A stretch of 64,000 nucleotides of DNA, from contig CAZKVJ010000005.1 of assembly GCA_964556225.1 (NCBI GenBank), forward strand, positions 125,651-189,650, in the 5' to 3' direction. Positions 58,664-64,000 of this stretch are shown here, piece by piece; the first letter of the stretch is position 1; each line of letters opens with the position of its first letter. The stretch is from an uncultured Ilumatobacteraceae bacterium. GTDB taxonomy: Bacteria; Actinomycetota; Acidimicrobiia; Acidimicrobiales; Ilumatobacteraceae. The position numbers and the translations under genes were made by a program. The notes under the pieces were generated by a model. It saw nothing but the letters and a program-made list of their open reading frames with translations. It did no database searches and was not told where the DNA came from.

Positions 58664-59374
58664 TCAGCCCTCCGGCTCGATCACCGGCATGCCGTCCGTG
58701 TCGTCGCCGAACTCCCGGTGCTGGCGCAGCGTGCCGGTCGCGATGTAGGCCACCCTCTCGGACATGTTCACGGCGTGGTCGCCGATGCGCTCGTAGAACC
58801 GGGCCACGACAGCCAGTTGAACCGCCACGGGGAGGTCGACGCGATCCTTGGCGTAGACCTCCATGATGGCCTGGATGAAGTCACGCTGGAGCTGGTCGAG
58901 ATAGGAGTCCATGTCGTCGACCGCAGCTGCCTTTGCGGCGTCGCCCTCCACGAACGCCTCGAGCGCTGCCTCGTACAGCTGGCGGGCCTGGTCACCCATC
59001 TGAGCGATGATCCCCCGAAGCTTCGGGTCCAGCGAGTGCCCGTAGATGCGCCGCGCCGCTCTGCAGATGTTCACGCACAGATCGGCACTGCGCTCGAGCT
59101 CGGCGACGATCTTGACGATGGCCACGAGCTGGCGGAGATCGCTGGCCACCGGCGCCTGCAGGGCGATCAGCTGGTAGCAGTGCTCTTCCAGCTCGAGGCT
59201 GCGGGCGTTGATGTCGGGGTCAGCCTTGACCACGTAGTCGGCACCTTCGAGGTCACCGTCGAGGAGCACCGCCGTGGCCCTCGGGATCTCGTCGATCACG
59301 GTGGCGGCCAGCCGAGCCAGCTCGTCGCGCACGACGTCGAGCTCGTGGTGGAAGCTGGTGCGGAGCTCGCTCAT
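58664..59374 (-). CDS. phoU: Phosphate signalling complex protein PhoU
   Basis: Two PhoU repeats (ELERSADL..., FYERIGDHAVN). The start shares 1 nt with the pstB stop. Confidence 0.92.
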   Translation of the reverse strand: MSELRTSFHHELDVVRDELARLAATVIDEIPRATAVLLDGDLEGADYVVKADPDINARSLELEEHCYQLIALQAPVASDLRQLVAIVKIVAELERSADLCVNICRAARRIYGHSLDPKLRGIIAQMGDQARQLYEAALEAFVEGDAAKAAAVDDMDSYLDQLQRDFIQAIMEVYAKDRVDLPVAVQLAVVARFYERIGDHAVNMSERVAYIATGTLRQHREFGDDTDGMPVIEPEG

Positions 59375-60249
59375 CAGCCGAACCGCCCGGTCACGTACGC
59401 CTCGGTCCGCGCGTCGGACGGATTGGAGAAGATCCGGTCGGTGCGGTCGTACTCCACGAGGAGCCCGGTCCGGCGGTCGCTCTCCGGGTTCACCTCCGTG
59501 GTGAAGAACGCGGTGCGGTCGCTGACCCGGGCCGCCTGTTGCATGTTGTGGGTCACGATGACGATCGTGTACTGCTGCTTGATCTCCCGCATGAGGTCCT
59601 CGATCCTCGCCGTGGCGATCGGGTCGAGCGCCGAGCAGGGCTCGTCCATCAGGATCACCTCCGGCTCCACGGCGATGGCACGGGCGATGCAGAGCCGCTG
59701 CTGCTGACCACCCGACAGACCCAGAGCGGACTGCTTCAGACGATCCTTCACCTCGTCCCACAGGGCCGCGCCCCGTAGGCTCTGCTCCACGACCTCGTCG
59801 AGCCGGGCCTTCTTGCGCTCCCCGTTCACCCGGGGCCCGTAGGCCACGTTGTCGAAGATGCTCTTCGGGAACGGGTTCGGCTTCTGGAAGACCATGCCGA
59901 TCCGCCGGCGGACCTCACCGGCCTCCGCGTCGGGCCCGTACAGGTCGACGCCGTGGTAGCGGATCGTGCCGCTCACCCGCGCCCCTGGGATGAGGTCGTT
60001 CATCCGGTTGAAGCAGCGGATCATGGTCGACTTGCCGCAGCCGGAGGGACCGATGAACGCCGTGATCTCGGACTGATAGATGTTCACCGAGACGTTGCGC
60101 ACAGCGCGGAAGTCACCGTAGTACACGTCGACGTCGTCGACGGTGAACACCGGCGTCCCGGTCTCCGTGGCCAGATCGGCCCGGGCGGCGTCCTGTCGGG
60201 TCGAGTCCATGGCGATGTGGCCGAAGTCTTGCACGATGTTGACGTCCAT
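59374..60249 (-). CDS. pstB: Phosphate ABC transporter ATP-binding protein
   Basis: Walker [10 protein letters not shown], signature LSGGQQQRL and Walker B ILMDEP. A downstream ATG (MDSTRQ) is an alternative start. Confidence 0.95.
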   Translation of the reverse strand: MDVNIVQDFGHIAMDSTRQDAARADLATETGTPVFTVDDVDVYYGDFRAVRNVSVNIYQSEITAFIGPSGCGKSTMIRCFNRMNDLIPGARVSGTIRYHGVDLYGPDAEAGEVRRRIGMVFQKPNPFPKSIFDNVAYGPRVNGERKKARLDEVVEQSLRGAALWDEVKDRLKQSALGLSGGQQQRLCIARAIAVEPEVILMDEPCSALDPIATARIEDLMREIKQQYTIVIVTHNMQQAARVSDRTAFFTTEVNPESDRRTGLLVEYDRTDRIFSNPSDARTEAYVTGRFG

Positions 60250-60253
60250 GGGT

Positions 60254-61168
60254 TCAGGTCCGCTTCTGGAAGTGGTTGCGGATGACGATGGCGACGCTGT
60301 TCAGGAGCAGCAGCATGGCGAGCAGCACGATGATGGCGGCCGCGGCGATGGCGTGGAACTCGGTCTTCGCGTCGCTCGAGTACTTGAAGATCAGGAGGGG
60401 GAGCACGGTGTAGCTGCTGTCGAGTCCCTGAGGGTTGAACGTGACGAACGCGAGCGCACCGAGCAGCAGCAGCGGGGCCGACTCGCCGAGCGCCCTTGAG
60501 ACCGACAGGATGCTCGCCGTGGCAATCCCGGGGATAGCTGAGGGCAGCACCGACCGCCACACGGTCTGCCACTTGGTCGCCCCTAGCGCCAGCGACCCCT
60601 CACGGTAGGACGGGGGGACGGCTCGGATCGCCTCACGCGAGGCGATGATCACGACCGGGAGGACCAGCAGCGTGAGCACCAGCGCCGCGCTGCCGACCGT
60701 GAAGCCCCAGCTGAACGGACCGCGTACGATGAAGGCGAGGCCGAGCATGCCGTAGACCACCGCCGGGACGCCGGCGAGGTTCTGGATGTTCAGGGCGATC
60801 AGCCGGTTGTACCAGCGGTCGTGGCGGGCGAACTCCTCGAGGTAGAGCGCCGTGCCGACCCCGAACGGCAGCGACAAGATGGCGGCCAGGCCGACCACCC
60901 AGAGCGAGCCGAAGATGGCCGACTGGATCCCGGCCCGGGCCGGGCGCGCCGATGGCATGTTCCCGAGGAGGTCCAAGTTGAGGTGGTCCCAACCCTGGAC
61001 GAGCGTCGTGATGATCAGGGTTCCGAGGGTGCCGAGCGACAGCAGGATGCTGAACAACAAGAACCCCTTGAACAGCCCGTCCCGGACGCGCCGAGCCCGG
61101 CTGACCTTCCGGCTGAGGTCGACGGTCGGAACGGCAACGTCACCAGGATCGATGAAGGTAGTGGTCAT
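60254..61168 (-). CDS. pstA: Phosphate ABC transporter permease PstA
   Basis: Permease with the EAA-like motif [14 protein letters not shown]. Confidence 0.9.
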   Translation of the reverse strand: MTTTFIDPGDVAVPTVDLSRKVSRARRVRDGLFKGFLLFSILLSLGTLGTLIITTLVQGWDHLNLDLLGNMPSARPARAGIQSAIFGSLWVVGLAAILSLPFGVGTALYLEEFARHDRWYNRLIALNIQNLAGVPAVVYGMLGLAFIVRGPFSWGFTVGSAALVLTLLVLPVVIIASREAIRAVPPSYREGSLALGATKWQTVWRSVLPSAIPGIATASILSVSRALGESAPLLLLGALAFVTFNPQGLDSSYTVLPLLIFKYSSDAKTEFHAIAAAAIIVLLAMLLLLNSVAIVIRNHFQKRT

Positions 61169-62118
61169 TCGTACTGCTCCCGGAAGCGTCGAACGATGGC
61201 GTTGCTGACCATGTTGAGCACGAGCGTGATCACGAACAGCACCAACCCGACGGCGAAGATCGTCTTGTAGCCGGTGGAGCCGGTCGGCTGGTCGCCGATG
61301 CCGGCGAACCCGATGAAGCCCGCCATCGTCTGCACGCCTTGACCTGGGTTCGAGGTGAGTCGCGGGTTGCTGCCCGCCACCATCAGCGCGATCGTCGTCT
61401 CACCGACGGCTCGGGCCACGGCGAGGACCACGGCGGCGATGATCCCCGACAGCGCGGCCCTGAACACGACCCCCGTGCAGACCTCACGCCGGGTGGCGCC
61501 CAGCGCGAACGCGCCCTCCCGCAGCCCGCCCGGAACGGCGGACATCGCGTCCTCCGACAGGCTGGCGACGGTCGGCACGATGAGCATGCCCGTCACCAGG
61601 CCCGCGCCGAGCGCCGTGTAGGCGGACACGTCACCGAACGGCCAGAACCGGCCGACGAGGTCCGGGTTCACGAAGTAGAGCCCGAAGAACCCGAAGACCA
61701 CCGTAGGGATGCCGGCCAGGATCTCCAGGATCGGCTTGAGGATCCTCCTCACCCCAGGGTGCGCGTACTCGCTGAGGTAGAACGCGGCCCCGAGACCGAT
61801 CGGCACGGCCACGAACAGGGCAATCGACGAGACCATCAGGCTGCCGACCACGATCGGGATCACCCCGAACTGCGCCGGATTGAACAGCGGCGCCCACGTA
61901 GTGCCACTGAAGAAATCAGCCGGCGAAACCTCGGAGAAGAACTCGATCGCCGGCGGGAGGAGGGCGACGACGATGAGGATGGTCACCCCCACCATCAGCG
62001 CTGCCGTCGTGAACAGGCTCGCCCGAACGACCGCCTGCACCCAGTATCGACGCCGGTCGGTGCCGGTGGGGAGCAAGCTCCCCACCGGCACCGGCTCGGC
62101 AACCTGTGGTACCGCCAC
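61165..62118 (-). CDS. pstC: Phosphate ABC transporter permease PstC
   Basis: Permease with REGAFALGATRREV. Overlaps the pstA start. Confidence 0.9.
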   Translation of the reverse strand: MAVPQVAEPVPVGSLLPTGTDRRRYWVQAVVRASLFTTAALMVGVTILIVVALLPPAIEFFSEVSPADFFSGTTWAPLFNPAQFGVIPIVVGSLMVSSIALFVAVPIGLGAAFYLSEYAHPGVRRILKPILEILAGIPTVVFGFFGLYFVNPDLVGRFWPFGDVSAYTALGAGLVTGMLIVPTVASLSEDAMSAVPGGLREGAFALGATRREVCTGVVFRAALSGIIAAVVLAVARAVGETTIALMVAGSNPRLTSNPGQGVQTMAGFIGFAGIGDQPTGSTGYKTIFAVGLVLFVITLVLNMVSNAIVRRFREQYE

Positions 62119-62119
62119 C

Positions 62120-63193
62120 TCAGCCCGCCTGGAGCGCCGCCAGCTCGTCGAGCGCCACCTGCTTCTGCTCGTCGGTGAGCGGCACGAACAACGCCTCAGA
62201 GGTGATGCTCTCGGAGTTGTCGAGGTAGAACTGCACGAACCCGGCGACCTCGGGCCGCTCCGCAGCCGACTCCTTCACGTAGATGTACAGCTCTCGGCCG
62301 AGCGGGGTGTACTCGCCGGACTGCACCGTCTCGGTGCTCGGGAAGACGCAGCCCGCACCATCGTCGATCGCAACACCCTTCACACTGCCCTCGTTCTCCA
62401 GGAGGTAGGACAACCCGAAGTATCCCATGGCACCCTTGTCGCCGGCGACGCCCGTGACGGTGACGTTGTCATCCTCCGACGGGTTGTAGTCGGTGCGGGT
62501 CGCACCCTCCTCACCGTTGATGGCGGCCGTGAAGTAGTCGAAGGTGCCAGAGTCGCTGCCAGCGCCGAACAGGGTGAGTGCCTGGTCGGGGAACGAGGGG
62601 TCGACCTCGTTCCAGTTGCTGACCGTGCTCTCCGGCGCCCAGATGGCGTTGAGCTGCTCCACGGTCAGGCACTCGGCCCAGTCGTTCTCGGGGTTGACCA
62701 CGACGGAGAGACCGTCGTTGGCCACCACCACCTCGAAGTACTCGATGCCATTCCCGGCGCAGGCATCGATCTCCTCCTGCTTGATCTGGCGCGACGCCAT
62801 CGAAATGTCGGTCTCGTCGTTGCAGAACTTCTCGAAGCCGCCGCCGGTGCCCGACGTCCCCACGGTCACCTGCACGTTGCCGCCGGTCTCGTTCTGGAAG
62901 TCCTCGGCGGCGAGCGAGATGAGCGGGGTCACCGTGCTCGAGCCGTCGATGCGGATCTCGCCCGAGAGCTCGCTCAGATCCGTCTCACCACCGCCCTGCG
63001 TACCGGCAGGGGCTTGCGTACCGGCGGGGGCTTGCGTACCGGCGGGGGCTTGCGTACCGGCCGGCTCGTCGGCGTCGTCGTCATCGCCGCATGCGGCGGC
63101 GACCATCGCCAGGGTCACGACACCCGCGATGGCCGCCACACGCCGCCACCTGATCATCTTGCTGTTCACGTTGCTGTTCACGCTGGTGTTCAC
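62120..63193 (-). CDS. pstS: Phosphate-binding lipoprotein PstS
   Basis: Lipobox MVAAACG and GSSTVTPL. The GTG start at 63193 is preceded by AAGGAGGAG at 8-nt spacing. An internal ATG at 63157 is the alternative. Confidence 0.9.
   Translation of the reverse strand: MNTSVNSNVNSKMIRWRRVAAIAGVVTLAMVAAACGDDDDADEPAGTQAPAGTQAPAGTQAPAGTQGGGETDLSELSGEIRIDGSSTVTPLISLAAEDFQNETGGNVQVTVGTSGTGGGFEKFCNDETDISMASRQIKQEEIDACAGNGIEYFEVVVANDGLSVVVNPENDWAECLTVEQLNAIWAPESTVSNWNEVDPSFPDQALTLFGAGSDSGTFDYFTAAINGEEGATRTDYNPSEDDNVTVTGVAGDKGAMGYFGLSYLLENEGSVKGVAIDDGAGCVFPSTETVQSGEYTPLGRELYIYVKESAAERPEVAGFVQFYLDNSESITSEALFVPLTDEQKQVALDELAALQAG
62995..63066 (-). repeat. 4 x 18-nt in-frame tandem repeat inside pstS (encodes PAGTQA x4 in the post-lipobox linker)
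   Basis: The plus-strand units are ctgcgtaccggcaggggc, ttgcgtaccggcgggggc, ttgcgtaccggcgggggc and ttgcgtaccggccggctc. Confidence 0.9.
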
Positions 63194-63196
63194 GCT
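63161..63196 (-). repeat. 3 x 12-nt tandem repeat at the pstS 5' end (GTGAACAGCAAC-like, encodes VN(T/S)(S/N) x3)
   Basis: The plus-strand units are gctgttcacgtt, gctgttcacgct and ggtgttcacgct. Confidence 0.85.
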
Positions 63197-63264
63197 CTCA
63201 TCTCCTCCTTGGGGGGTGAACCAACGCCGGCACCGTAGAGAGCACAGGTGGCGTCACGAAGTGG

Positions 63265-63308
63265 CCCCGATGAACGCAGGTTGAACGAACACGGAAGGAT
63301 GAGTGAAC
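63265..63308 (-). promoter_or_regulatory. Candidate PHO boxes: four 11-nt direct repeat units upstream of pstS
   Basis: The minus-strand read is GTTCACTCATC CTTCCGTGTTC GTTCAACCTGC GTTCATCGGGG. Three units start with GTTCA at exact 11-nt phasing, 72-115 nt upstream of the pstS GTG. Confidence 0.5.
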
Positions 63309-63309
63309 G

Positions 63310-64000
63310 TCAGCGCAGCCAGCGCCGACGGCGGCGGCGGTGGACGCCGTCCCAGGCCGGAATCCAGCTCGTGCGCCGGCGGGAGATCTCGTCGCGCTCG
63401 GCCATGACGAGCTGACCGAGGACGAACGCCTCGGCCGGCGTGCGCCCGTCCATGTGGGTCCGCAGCCATGCCTCCGTGACGGCGGCATCGTTCAGCTCGC
63501 CGAGCTCGTCCTGCAGCTGACCGACGGCCGCAGCATGACGCGCCGCGTCGGGGTCCACCAGTGCCGCCGCATCGGCGGCGTAGCGGAAGCGCTTCGCCCG
63601 GATCCGCAGGGCATGGATGCATTCGATGTCGACCGTCTCCGGGCCGGCCCGGAGCACACGGCGCGCGGCCTTGTCCATCGGCCGCCAGGCGCCAGCGGCA
63701 TGGGCGGCGAACACCTTGTCGGCCGGCGCATCGGCGGCCGGGGTGAGGTGTGGGTCCGCCGCTGCGGCCACGAGCCGGTCGAGCAGCGTGAGGTAGCGGG
63801 CGGAGTCCATCACCGCCGCCAGCTCGGCGACGGCCGCCTCGCGCTGGTCGGCGAGCTCGTCGACCAGGAACGTGGCGTCGGCCTGTTCTGCCGGCTCCAG
63901 TCGGGAGATCATGTCGCGCAAGCGCATCTCCATGACGTCGGCGTCGCGCACGGCCCCGAGGGCGGCGGCCACCCACCGCAGCTCGTCACGCAGCGCAGCG
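63310..64000 (-). CDS. CHAD domain-containing protein (5' end outside the window)
   Basis: LRDELRWVAAALGAVRDADV and IHALRIRAKRFRYAAD are typical CHAD helices. The reading frame stays open to the window edge. Confidence 0.75.
   Translation of the reverse strand, partial: AALRDELRWVAAALGAVRDADVMEMRLRDMISRLEPAEQADATFLVDELADQREAAVAELAAVMDSARYLTLLDRLVAAAADPHLTPAADAPADKVFAAHAAGAWRPMDKAARRVLRAGPETVDIECIHALRIRAKRFRYAADAAALVDPDAARHAAAVGQLQDELGELNDAAVTEAWLRTHMDGRTPAEAFVLGQLVMAERDEISRRRTSWIPAWDGVHRRRRRRWLR

Noticed and set aside
62995-63066. Possible CRISPR-like array, because of regularly repeated 18-mers.
   Set aside because: The units are directly adjacent with no spacers, lie in frame inside pstS, and encode a PAGTQA linker. 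No cas genes are present.
63161-63196. The GTTCAC-containing 12-mers considered as PHO boxes.
   Set aside because: The phasing is 12 nt rather than 11 nt. The orientation is opposite to the upstream GTTCA units. They lie at or after the SD-supported start codon, so a coding tandem repeat is the simpler explanation.

Overview
This is a high-GC, actinobacterial-type chromosomal segment, judged by eye from codon usage and gene content. It is densely packed, with about 65 protein-coding genes on both strands, many joined by ATGA/GTGA start-stop overlaps. I saw no rRNA, tRNA, CRISPR array, transposase or integrase.

Gene order along the window:
- IclR regulator, DUF389 membrane protein, LLM/F420-type oxidoreductase and SDR.
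- A signal-less papain-like (C1) cysteine peptidase, with a chagasin-type (I42) inhibitor gene nearby, plus GNAT and VOC genes.
- An igr-like side-chain degradation operon: two acyl-CoA dehydrogenases, a hotdog+DUF35 fusion, a MaoC hydratase, an Ltp2-like thiolase and a P450.
- A decayed vapBC remnant and a family III CoA-transferase.
- hutH-hutU-[def-like]-hutF-hutI.
- gpgS, a folP2-like gene and a fused folB-folK.
- gatCAB, a GH36 alpha-galactosidase, galT and lgt.
- TetR, a TPR-HD-GYP protein and an M48 protease.
- A copper-delivery cluster (Sco, PCuAC, TlpA).
- hemE-hemH-hemY, a sortase, lnt and dtd.
- A GT4 / methyltransferase / alpha-alpha-toroid / methyltransferase / GH1 cluster.
- tesB and a PQQ sugar dehydrogenase.
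- moaE, a small TM protein and mreB.
- A PDZ pseudo-protease, an SDR epimerase, a zincin-like protein and an MFS transporter.
- pstSCAB-phoU-senX3-regX3, all colinear, and a partial CHAD gene.

Most noteworthy observations:
1. A peptide-deformylase homologue is translationally coupled inside the hut operon, in the slot where an N-formylglutamate deformylase is needed.
2. A 52-nt structured element occurs twice (46/52 identical, with the differences mostly in the loop). Both copies lie in the 5' leader of minus-strand genes, one of them folB-folK. It is a riboswitch-like candidate.
3. The cytoplasmic C1 peptidase and chagasin-like inhibitor form a pair, and a roughly 72-aa C-terminal domain of the peptidase is duplicated in the adjacent small ORF.
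4. A glycosyltransferase / two-methyltransferase / hydrolase-like cluster resembles the mycobacterial methylated-polysaccharide loci.
5. The Lnt homologue has Ser in place of the nucleophilic Cys.

All functional calls rest on motif recognition by eye. No database search was run.
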